Shown here: in pieces, positions 1 to 7,050 of the stretch | Layout: each line of letters begins with the position of its first letter | Position numbering within the stretch: position 1 is the first letter of the stretch | Source of the DNA: Candidatus Poriferisocius anaerobius | GTDB lineage: Bacteria; Actinomycetota; Acidimicrobiia; Acidimicrobiales; Bin134 | DNA: 24,000 nt | Assembly: GCA_028278785.1 (NCBI GenBank) | Contig: JAPYOG010000067.1 | Span: 24,813 to 48,812, forward strand | Direction of reading: 5' to 3' | Position numbers and translations under genes: made by a program | The notes under the pieces: generated by a model | What the model was told of the DNA's origin: nothing | Seen by the model: only the letters and a program-made list of their open reading frames with translations | Database searches by the model: none

Positions 1-56
1 GTCAAGCGGCTCGATGTCGGGCCACTCGCCGGAATCGTCCGGCCAGTCCTCCCGGG

Positions 57-875
57 TCACGCCGCCACCCTATCCCTGCTGGCGCGCACGCCGTCGGCAA
101 TAAGCTCCCGGTGGGTGAGCCTGCGCCCGTCCTTGCGGCGGATCAGCTCGGCCATCTGCACGATTGTGTCCTTCGGGCGCTCGTTGTGGCGGCACTGGAA
201 CTCGGCCACATATCGGTGCAGGTGCTCATGGCTCATCGAGTGGTACACGCCGTGGTAGCCGCGCTTGAGCGTGGCCCAGTGCGACTCCATCCCGTTGGTG
301 TGGGCCTTGTCGCGCACGTACTCAGAAACCGTGTGCTTGACCGATTCGTGGCCGTAGCCCCTCCCTGTCAGGGGAAGGTAGCCCTTCGCCTCGTCGGTGT
401 AGACCATCGCCCCTTGCTCGGCGTGGTCCTGGACCATGCCCACCAGACTGTCCGATGTCGTGTCGGGAACCACGCGGGCGGCGATCTGGCCCGTCTCCCG
501 GTCCTTGACACCGGCGACGATGGCCTTGCCGACCAGCCCGCCAGCGGCCTTCATCCGCTTGTCCTTGTGCTTGTTCTTCTCCAAGCCTCCGATGTAGGTC
601 TCATCGGCCTCGACCGGCCCCGAGAACAGCGGATCGTCCTGGCGCATTGCCTCGCGGATTCTGTGGGCGAGAAACCACGCCGTCTTCTGCGTCACTCCCA
701 AGTCCCTTCTCAGCTTCAAGCTGCTTGTTCCCTTCAACCCCGTGGTCAGCAGGTAGAACGCCAGAAACCACGTCTGCAACCCCAGGTTCGAGTCCTGCAT
801 CACCGTTCCATAGCGAACCGAGAAGAACTTGCGGCAGTCCTTGCACCGAAGCGGCATCGTCCTGCGGTTCTTCAC
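57..875 (-). CDS. IS1595-family (ISXO2-like) DDE transposase, main body; the N-terminal zinc-ribbon codons lie upstream with no in-frame start, so this is probably a frameshifted pseudogene
   Basis: 272-aa ORF. 'RCKDCRKFFSV...LQTWFLAFYLL...LKLRRDLGVTQKTAWFLAHRIREAM' and 'VEADETYIGG' match the zinc-ribbon/HTH and first catalytic Asp region of IS1595/ISXO2-type transposases as I know the family. In-frame codons upstream of the called GTG read ...PDGTLCPHCGGDRIAR. Confidence 0.85.
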   Translation of the reverse strand: MKNRRTMPLRCKDCRKFFSVRYGTVMQDSNLGLQTWFLAFYLLTTGLKGTSSLKLRRDLGVTQKTAWFLAHRIREAMRQDDPLFSGPVEADETYIGGLEKNKHKDKRMKAAGGLVGKAIVAGVKDRETGQIAARVVPDTTSDSLVGMVQDHAEQGAMVYTDEAKGYLPLTGRGYGHESVKHTVSEYVRDKAHTNGMESHWATLKRGYHGVYHSMSHEHLHRYVAEFQCRHNERPKDTIVQMAELIRRKDGRRLTHRELIADGVRASRDRVAA

Positions 876-1000
876 GCGTGCGATCCTGTCGCCGCCGCAG
901 TGCGGGCATAGCGTTCCATCCGGCCCGCTCAGGTGCCTTCAAACTGTGCCTGCTGCGCTCATCTGACTTGCTCATACTGTCTATGGTATCGACGTGAGTG
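57..1000 (-). mobile_element. IS1595-family insertion sequence; termini not identified, so the extent is approximate
   Basis: The transposase ORF plus its displaced ATG at 975. G+C drops right of ~975. I could not find convincing terminal inverted repeats between 1-56 and 980-1040. Confidence 0.45.
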
Positions 1001-1270
1001 ACAGCTTCTCCTGGCTACGTTTCCCCTATTCACAGTGTTTTGGTTACCATCGTATATAGTTCCCGCCGATTCCGATGCCAACTCTGCTGATTCTACCAAC
1101 GTGGATTCCGATAGTTCAGCTTCACCAATGGAGAACGGTGACATTTCGATGAGTCAATTTATAAGATGGACTAGCCAGGGTTATTGGATCACCTATGTGA
1201 ACGGACCGGACTGCATCTCCTTATATCCGGGCTTAAGTACCGAGCGACTGATATACCGGTGCCCCGACAG

Positions 1271-1292
1271 CTAGTGGTGTGTCTTGAGTTTA
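1271..1292 (+). repeat. Solo copy of the MITE left terminal repeat (ctagtggtgtgtcttgAgttta)
   Basis: 21 of 22 nt identical to 1739-1760 (ctagtggtgtgtcttgGgttta). A further short similarity lies inside (gcggcgtt..cctcc, near 1314 and near 1796). Confidence 0.7.
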
Positions 1293-1433
1293 GCGCCATG
1301 GATTGCGAGGACAGCGGCGTTCCTCCCGCGATCCCAGACCTGGCCTCGATTCCCAGAACTGCGGGCCGATCCAAGAGTGCCGTGGCTGTTCCAGCCCGAT
1401 CCCTCCAGTGTTGAACCCTCGAGCTCAACGGGT

Positions 1434-1462
1434 TTGACGGCCTATACGCGAATGAGTATTTT
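1434..1462 (+). promoter_or_regulatory. Sigma-70/SigA-like promoter placed for a leaderless transcript of the small membrane protein gene
   Basis: TTGACG (1434-1439), 17-nt spacer, TATTTT (1457-1462), then 7 nt to ATG at 1470. Confidence 0.45.
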
Positions 1463-1469
1463 GGGTATT

Positions 1470-1721
1470 ATGTTGAAGTCCGGGTGGCTGAAGCAGCGGC
1501 GTCGTAAATTGCCCTGGTACGAGTACCTGTTCATCACTGTTGCCCTGCTCGTCGCTACTCAGATCAGCCATTGGTTGAGCGGTCTAGGCATTCTTATTGT
1601 TCTCGTCGGTTCTTTAGCTGGTGGTTTCGCGGCGGGTTATGTGGCCTACAAAGGGGGCAAACGGCTTGGTGAGCGGTTTCCGGCTCTCAAAAGCAAGCAC
1701 GTTGGGTACTTCGACCGCTGA
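1470..1721 (+). CDS. Small two-TM membrane protein, paralog A (83 aa), function unknown
   Basis: C-terminal part of ORF 1284..1721. MLKSGWLKQRRRKLPWYEYLFITVALLVATQISHWLSGLGILIVLVGSLAGGFAAGYVAYKGGKRLGERFPALKSKHVGYFDR. It has two hydrophobic helices and a basic N- and C-terminus. It is colinear with the 3169..3411 product. The start was chosen from paralog alignment and promoter geometry. Confidence 0.65.
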   Translation: MLKSGWLKQRRRKLPWYEYLFITVALLVATQISHWLSGLGILIVLVGSLAGGFAAGYVAYKGGKRLGERFPALKSKHVGYFDR

Positions 1722-1731
1722 TGTGTCGCTA
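1608..1731 (+). repeat. 124-bp block nearly identical to 3298-3421 (3' end of the small-protein gene plus 10 nt past the stop)
   Basis: By-eye alignment shows 4 mismatches in 124 nt (ctacAaagGgGgcaaAcggc vs ctacGaagTgAgcaaGcggc). Similarity stops abruptly after ...tgatgtgtcgcta. Confidence 0.85.
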
Positions 1732-1737
1732 CGCTGA

Positions 1738-1860
1738 GCCTAGTGGTGTGTCTTGGGTTTATTCGCGCGTGTCCTGCTAGGCATCGCCGCCCCTCGCGGC
1801 GTTGCGCCTCCTTGCCGTACGCTGGGAGTATGGCTGCGAACCCAAGACACACCACTAGGC
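1738..1860. mobile_element. MITE-like non-autonomous element with 22-bp perfect terminal inverted repeats
   Basis: gcctagtggtgtgtcttgggtt (1738-1759) is the exact reverse complement of aacccaagacacaccactaggc (1839-1860). The 79-bp interior has no ORF and contains a small hairpin, cgccgc-ccctc-gcggcg. Confidence 0.7.
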
Positions 1861-1992
1861 CTGGGCGATGGGCGTTGTTGAGCCGCTCCTCCACTACTGT
1901 CGTTCACTGGGCCTCCGTTCGCAGTCGGGACCAATAACAGACCCCACACTGCCACAAGGGCCAATTCATCCAAGGATCCGAACTGTTGACAA

Positions 1993-2350
1993 GGGGCTCT
2001 ACGCGTTGAAGATGGGACATCGGGTTCTGATTTTTGTGACGGGTTGAGTTTGGCCGGGTTTTCTTCCGGCTGCAAGGAGGATTCTGAGCCGGTAGTTGTC
2101 CAGGTTTTGGAAGCCTCTGGCTAAGCGTTTGACGTCTTTGATGTTGGCGTTGGCTGATTCGGTGCGCCCGTTGTGGGTGCCGATGCGGACGCTGGTTTGG
2201 ATCTCGGTTCGCCATTTGGCGAGGGTGCGGGCGAGGGTGCGGAGCTCGGGGGCTGCGCAGTATTCGCTGGCGTCGTCGAGCAACGAGGCGGCCTGGTCGG
2301 GGTCTTTGATTTTGAGCACCGAGATGAAGAACGCCCTGGCGAAGCCAATG
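1993..2350 (-). pseudogene. ISL3-family transposase, C-terminal ~119 codons only, with the adjacent terminal inverted repeat
   Basis: The tail of ORF 1999..2748 reads ...PELRTLARTLAKWRTEIQTSVRIGTHNGRTESANANIKDVKRLARGFQNLDNYRLRILLAAG, the conserved ISL3 C-terminus. GGGGCTCTACGCG at 1993-2005 resembles the GGCTCT... ISL3 end and overlaps the stop codon. Upstream codons of that ORF (2359-2748) show no transposase similarity. Confidence 0.75.
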
Positions 2351-2686
2351 AGCATGCTTCCCGAGCAGCTCCGGCGATCGCCGGCCCGGGACCGGGGCAA
2401 GGAGCTCTCCGCCCACGCCCGGTTCACCGTCGAGACCGACATCCCCGTGTTCTTCGCCGATCCCCAGCTGCCCAGGCAACGAGGCACCAACGAGAACACC
2501 GACGGGCTGCTGCGCCAATACCTCCCGAAGGCCACGGACCCGTCGCGACGGCCTGCCGAAGACACCGAGGCTGTCGCCCACGCCTTGAACTCCCGGCCCC
2601 GAAAGACACTCGGAAGGAAAACCCCAGCCGAAGCCCTCAACGAACAGCTACACCGCACCCAACAACCCGGAGTCGCGACGACCGGT
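2351..2686 (+). pseudogene. IS30-family transposase, C-terminal catalytic fragment
   Basis: Within ORF 2096..3013: LPEQLRRSPARDRGKELSAHARFTVETDIPVFFADPQLPRQRGTNENTDGLLRQYLPKATD...LNSRPRKTLGRKTPAEAL. This matches the IS30 DDE motif block (FFADP..P.QRG.NENTNGLLRQY.PKGTD, LN.RPRK.LG). There is no start, no N-terminal half and no family-typical stop. Confidence 0.75.
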
Positions 2687-2687
2687 C

Positions 2688-3054
2688 GAATCCGGCCAAT
2701 ACACCGCTGTAGCCTTCGCCAAAGCCTGCCGGCGCCTCGGCATCGCACGATCCTCCGGAAGAACCGGCAACGCCCTGGACAACGCCCCGGCCGAGTCGTT
2801 CTTCTCCACCCTCACCCACGAGCTCATCGACCGGCGCTCCTGGGCCACCAAAGCCCAGGCCCGCCAAGAGATCGCCATGTGGGTCTGCGACTGGTACAAC
2901 CACCACCGCCTCCACTCCGCCATCGGCATGGTCCCACCCATAGGATACGAACTCACCTGCACCCCCAAGCCCCACAACCAACCTCTCCACGAAAAGGGGG
3001 GAAGCTCACCTGAACCACCAGGGGCCTCCCGACTCTTGGACTATCTGACAGTCA
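2688..3054 (+). pseudogene. IS3-family transposase (OrfB/rve) C-terminal fragment, possibly with its right terminus
   Basis: The frame of ORF 2877..3080 extended upstream reads ESGQYTAVAFAKACRRLGIARSSGRTGNALDNAPAESFFSTLTHELIDRRSWATKAQARQEIAMWVCDWYNHHRLHSAIGMVPPIGYEL. This matches the IS3 pattern QYTS..F...GI..S.GR.G...DNA.AESFF..LK.E...FYN..R.HS.LG..P..YE. TGAACC.../...GTCA motifs at 3011-3054 look like an IS3-type end, with low certainty. Confidence 0.7.
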
Positions 3055-3132
3055 CAAGAATCAGCGAGGCCCCCAACTGAATGGCGGACCCTCAGATGAC
3101 GCCCGATACACAAAATTCCCGACAGACCCCCC

Positions 3133-3162
3133 TGACAAGGTCCATGGGCAGTACAGTATAGT
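3133..3162 (+). promoter_or_regulatory. Sigma-70/SigA-like promoter placed for a leaderless transcript of small membrane protein paralog B
   Basis: TGACAA (3133-3138), 18-nt spacer, TATAGT (3157-3162), then 6 nt to GTG at 3169. Confidence 0.45.
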
Positions 3163-3168
3163 GGATCT

Positions 3169-3411
3169 GTGTTGAACATTGGTAAGAAGCGCCGTAAATT
3201 GCCCTGGTACGAGTATTTGTTTGTCGTCGTCGCAGGGTTTGTAGGTATTCAGATCAGCGATTGGTTGGGCGATCTAGGCATTTTTATAGCAGCCATGGGT
3301 TCTTTAGCTGGTGGTTTCGCGGCGGGTTATGTGGCCTACGAAGTGAGCAAGCGGCTTGGTGAGCGGTTTCCGGCTCTCAAAAGCAAGCACGTTGGGTACT
3401 TCGACCGCTGA
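3169..3411 (+). CDS. Small two-TM membrane protein, paralog B (80 aa), function unknown
   Basis: ORF 3169..3411: MLNIGKKRRKLPWYEYLFVVVAGFVGIQISDWLGDLGIFIAAMGSLAGGFAAGYVAYEVSKRLGERFPALKSKHVGYFDR. Same architecture as 1470..1721. Confidence 0.7.
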   Translation: MLNIGKKRRKLPWYEYLFVVVAGFVGIQISDWLGDLGIFIAAMGSLAGGFAAGYVAYEVSKRLGERFPALKSKHVGYFDR

Positions 3412-3421
3412 TGTGTCGCTA
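3298..3421 (+). repeat. Second copy of the 124-bp near-identical block (see 1608-1731)
   Basis: 120 of 124 nt identical to 1608-1731 by eye. Confidence 0.85.
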
Positions 3422-3458
3422 AACCCAGCCCAGGTCCAGGCGGACCAGCCATTCAGCT

Positions 3459-5888
3459 TCAGCGCCGGGTTTCCGACCAAGCACCGAGACGGGCCTCCCG
3501 CCCAGATGCATCTTTGACACCAGGCCGCGGACGCCGCGTGGAGAGCTTTCGGGGGAGGTAGGCCGCCATCAGTTTCCGCGCTCGGCCCACGCGTAGGCCC
3601 ACTTCGGCCCTTACCGACCGCTCGTGGTCCCGGGCGAGTTGCCGGTGGTCCTCGGTCGGCTCTGAGGGGGCGAAGGCCGCAGCCGCAGCCAGCTCTGCCA
3701 GCCGGCGCAAGTCGGGGCTGTGCAGCGGGACTTGCCTACTGGCCCGGCGAGCGAACTCGTCGTGGGTCTCATGGGATCGGGGCGCCATGCTTGCGAGCGC
3801 CAAGGAGTCGAGCGTCTTCGCCCAGAGCAATGTGATCTCGGCCCGGCTGCCCGGCTTCTTGCTGCCCGAGATCTCCATGTATCGCCGGCGCCGTCGGGAA
3901 TGCCGGATCCGGGTTCGCAGGACCGGGAAGAGCCCGATCCCCGAGACAATCGCAACCAGGGCGGCCAAGGCGGCCCAAGCCCGTGTGGAAGTCCCGCCGC
4001 TGCCATCGCCGACCGCGTTCCCGCCTTCGCCGAAGTCGGCCGGCGCCGCTGTCGGCAGTCCACCGAAATCGGTCAGGGCGCCCGGGAAGCCACGGGACTC
4101 GGAAGCGAGTTCTCCGGCGGAGTCGTCGGGCTGCGGGCTGCCGCCAACCTGGTTCTCGGCCACGCCGGTGTAGTTCTGGGCGCCTGGGGCGCCCCGGCCT
4201 GGAGTCGGCTCGAAGGCCACCCAGCCTGCGCCGGCCAAGTACACCTCGGGCCAAGCGTGGGCGTGCTTGCCCCGAACCACGTAGAGGTTGGGTTCGCTCG
4301 GATCGGCATCTCCCACGGTGAAGCCCACCGCCACCCGAGCGGGCAGCCCCAGAGATCGGGCCATAGCCGCGAAGGCGCCGGCGAACTGCTCGCAGTATCC
4401 CCGACGGGCATCCAAGAAGTCCTCCACACGGTCGCTGGAATGCCCGGACCCCACGCTGAGGTCGTATTCGAAGGCGCCGCTGCGGAAGAACTCCTGGAGC
4501 GCGAGCGACTGCTCGTAGCCTGATCCCGCCCCGCCGGCTATCGCCGCCGCCAAGCGTCGAACTCGGGGGCTGAAGTCGGAGGGAAGCGAAGTGTCATCCC
4601 CAGATACCCCGGAGGCCCCTGAACGGGCCATTTCGGGATCCAGCGGGGTGCCGAGCGGAATGTTTTCGAGCTTCGCGGGATCGAATCGGGGCAGCGCCGA
4701 GGAAACGGTGTAGGAGAGCCCATTCGAATTGTCCAGCGAGCGGCCCGCAATGAGGGTGGACGATGATGGCTCGTAGCTGATGTTGGCGGTTTCCGAGGCC
4801 ACGTAGCGGGGCTCGAAGGCTGCGGGCAGCCACACGGCGCCGAGCTGCTCGATGCTGAACTCCTGGACCGACTGCTGCACGGTGGACCCCGACTGGAACA
4901 GCGACGGCAGAGGTCCTGGCCGGGCGGCGTAGTCGGCTCGCGATGTCCACACGGCGCCGTCGAATCGGTTCAGCGAGGTCAGCCTCCAATAAGCCCGCTC
5001 CTCAGTCCTCACCCGGAACATGGGCGTTTCGGCTTGGCTTGCCAGCCGGCCTCGGATATCCACCAGAGGGCTGACCACCACCCGTTTCGAACCCCCGCTT
5101 GCTCCCTGTATGGACTCGGGCAGGTTGAAGACTGGATCCTCGCCGCCACCCAGCACCGGGCCGGCCGCAACAGCAGCGGCCACCGACGCCGCCGCGATCG
5201 CCGCGCTGGCGCCCAGAAGCGCCCGGCGCCCGGACCGGGCTTGGCTGGCACCGCCCAGCCAGGCGGCATTGGCAGTGCGGGCCGCCACTCGGTGAACCGA
5301 CACGAACAGCAGCAGGGCCGCGGTGAAGGCCCCTATGGTGAGAATCCGGTACCGGGTGTCGCCCACCAGCCCGACGAAGCCGACCGCAGCGATGGGCGCA
5401 GCGACGGACACGAACAAGGCCCGCCTCCTCAGCGCCGTCCAGTCGATGAGAAAGGCCATGAGCCACACCGCGGCCATGGCGCTGACCAAAAAGCCGCTGA
5501 GCGGATCTGCCGGTGTGCTGATGTCGCCGAACGCCGCCCACGCGTCTTCGAGGTCGGTCGCCAGCGCCGACAGGGTGTCCCCCGATGGCATGCCCCAGAA
5601 CAGGGTGTGCCCATAGCGGGTCCATGAGACGGTCAAGACCAGGCCGACCGCGCAGGCCGCCGCCGAGGCCAGCGCACCGAAGCCCAGCCGGCGAAGGAGC
5701 AGCGCCAGCAGATGGGCGGCGCCGGCGGCGGTGAACACGGGCAGGACCCACTCGGCGCCCGCAAAAACCCGGATCAGGCTGAACGCAGCGGCCAGGGTCA
5801 GAACAGGGCCGACAGCCTCCAAAGCGATTTCTGAGCCGGAAGGCCGGTTTGCGGAGCGGGCTGGGCGGGAATCCCGAGGGGGGATCAT
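3459..5888 (-). CDS. Transglutaminase-domain integral membrane protein (TgpA/DUF3488-type)
   Basis: 809-aa ORF with multiple N-terminal TM helices. The core reads GYCEQFAGAFAAMARSLGLPARVAVGF...GKHAHAWPEVYLAGAGWVAFEPTP, giving the Cys-His-Asp/Glu transglutaminase fold motifs. Its start overlaps the upstream stop (ATGA at 5885-5888). Confidence 0.85.
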   Translation of the reverse strand: MIPPRDSRPARSANRPSGSEIALEAVGPVLTLAAAFSLIRVFAGAEWVLPVFTAAGAAHLLALLLRRLGFGALASAAACAVGLVLTVSWTRYGHTLFWGMPSGDTLSALATDLEDAWAAFGDISTPADPLSGFLVSAMAAVWLMAFLIDWTALRRRALFVSVAAPIAAVGFVGLVGDTRYRILTIGAFTAALLLFVSVHRVAARTANAAWLGGASQARSGRRALLGASAAIAAASVAAAVAAGPVLGGGEDPVFNLPESIQGASGGSKRVVVSPLVDIRGRLASQAETPMFRVRTEERAYWRLTSLNRFDGAVWTSRADYAARPGPLPSLFQSGSTVQQSVQEFSIEQLGAVWLPAAFEPRYVASETANISYEPSSSTLIAGRSLDNSNGLSYTVSSALPRFDPAKLENIPLGTPLDPEMARSGASGVSGDDTSLPSDFSPRVRRLAAAIAGGAGSGYEQSLALQEFFRSGAFEYDLSVGSGHSSDRVEDFLDARRGYCEQFAGAFAAMARSLGLPARVAVGFTVGDADPSEPNLYVVRGKHAHAWPEVYLAGAGWVAFEPTPGRGAPGAQNYTGVAENQVGGSPQPDDSAGELASESRGFPGALTDFGGLPTAAPADFGEGGNAVGDGSGGTSTRAWAALAALVAIVSGIGLFPVLRTRIRHSRRRRRYMEISGSKKPGSRAEITLLWAKTLDSLALASMAPRSHETHDEFARRASRQVPLHSPDLRRLAELAAAAAFAPSEPTEDHRQLARDHERSVRAEVGLRVGRARKLMAAYLPRKLSTRRPRPGVKDASGREARLGAWSETRR

Positions 5889-7036
5889 CGCCGGGGCACT
5901 GGTGTCGGCGCTTGTGCGGGGGCGCCATGCAGGGCGTGCTCAGCGGGTGCGAACAAGACAGCGGCCTTGGGGCTGCCCCCGGCGCCCAGCAGTGCGAGCA
6001 GCGTGGACTCGGTTGCACCCGGGTTGGCCGGATCGGCGACAACGGCCACGACGAGGCCGCCGCCGTGCTGACGGCTGAGCGGTTCAACGGCAGCGGCGAG
6101 ACTGCCGTCGCTCGGGCTCACCAGGGCGAGATGCCCGTAGATCTCGTGGAGGTGTGCGAGCCCGGATCTGTGGCCGCTGTCGTAGCCTGCGGTCGTGGCG
6201 AGGCGCACACCGTCGCCGCGGCGACAGGCGGCCCGGCAAATGCTCGCAGCCGTCGAAACCATCGCCTCGAAGCGCTGTCGCCCATTGCGGTCTTGGAGCT
6301 GGGAGCGCCGGGTGTCCAACAGCACGGTGGTTTGGATTCCAGACGGCTCCTCGAATTGGCGGACGACCAGCTCGTCGCGGCGTGCAGATGACCGCCAGTG
6401 GATGCGCCGGGGGTCGTCGCCCGTTTGAAACGGCCGCAGCCCGTAGAACTCTTCGCCGCTTCGGGCCATTGGGCTGTGCCTGGCGGCATCGGGGGTTTCC
6501 CCCAGCAGGCGCGCTGGAGGCTCGGTGTCCACGACTTGCGGGTAGATCAGCACCTCCTGATGTCCGCCGAGTTGGAATCGCCGGGCTGACATCCCGAGCG
6601 GGTCGGCTACCGTCAGAATCAGCGGGCCGACGACCACTCGGCCCCGGTCATGTGTCGGCAGCCGGTAGGAGACTGCCTGCTCGCGGCCGGGGCCCACCGG
6701 CGGCACCAGCAGGTCGGGCGATGGGATGAAGCTGTCCGAATCCCCGGTCGAAAAGCGCGCCTGGTCTGTGAGCCGCAGCACCGGCGAGCGCAGGCGACCG
6801 GTGTTGGACATCCTCAACTGCACCCGGCACTGGCCGCCGGCATGCACCCGCTGCGGATGCAGAGAGCGATCTGTCAGCCGCAGTGGGGGGCGCACCCTTA
6901 CGTAGACCACCGAGCCTGCGGCGACCGCGGCGCCGGCGATGCCCACAGCGAGCAGGTCGTCGACGCCGAGCAGCCGGCCCGCCGTCGCCAGCAGCGCCGA
7001 TCCGATGAGCAGCAGCCAGCCTTGGAGAGTGAGCAT
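5885..7036 (-). CDS. DUF58 domain protein (MoxR-operon partner, vWA-like)
   Basis: 383-aa ORF with an N-terminal TM pair. EFYGLRPFQTGDDPRRIHWRSSARRDELVVRQFEE is the DUF58 signature. It sits between the MoxR and transglutaminase genes. Confidence 0.85.
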   Translation of the reverse strand: MLTLQGWLLLIGSALLATAGRLLGVDDLLAVGIAGAAVAAGSVVYVRVRPPLRLTDRSLHPQRVHAGGQCRVQLRMSNTGRLRSPVLRLTDQARFSTGDSDSFIPSPDLLVPPVGPGREQAVSYRLPTHDRGRVVVGPLILTVADPLGMSARRFQLGGHQEVLIYPQVVDTEPPARLLGETPDAARHSPMARSGEEFYGLRPFQTGDDPRRIHWRSSARRDELVVRQFEEPSGIQTTVLLDTRRSQLQDRNGRQRFEAMVSTAASICRAACRRGDGVRLATTAGYDSGHRSGLAHLHEIYGHLALVSPSDGSLAAAVEPLSRQHGGGLVVAVVADPANPGATESTLLALLGAGGSPKAAVLFAPAEHALHGAPAQAPTPVPRR

Positions 7037-7050
7037 GGCCGGCCGGATGC

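Noticed and set aside
1-60. Possible partial minus-strand ORF starting at GTG 60, overlapping the transposase stop as GTGA. It reads VTREDWPDDSGEWPDIEPLD... and runs off the window.
   Set aside because: Only 20 codons are visible, which is too little to tell coding sequence or an IS passenger gene from chance.
1035-1274. 79-aa ORF in the lower-GC spacer between the IS1595 element and the solo TIR (acidic N-half, then MSQFIRWTSQGYWITYVNGPDCISLYPGL...).
   Set aside because: It has no recognisable family and no convincing promoter or SD for either the GTG 1035 or the ATG 1149 start. Its stop lies inside the TIR copy. It could be real, but the sequence alone does not support it.
1284-1469. N-terminal extension of the small membrane protein ORF (the 145-aa version starting at 1284, or ATG 1452).
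   Set aside because: The extension has no counterpart in the paralog at 3169. The predicted promoter (-35 at 1434, -10 at 1457) lies inside it, and ATG 1452 falls in the promoter spacer.
2096-3013. Single 305-aa ORF spanning the IS remnants, which could be read as one chimeric gene.
   Set aside because: It is in frame with the IS30 fragment only. Its 5' part is antisense to the ISL3 remnant, and its 3' part is out of frame with the IS3 fragment and is Pro/Arg/His low-complexity. The ORF is open by accident.
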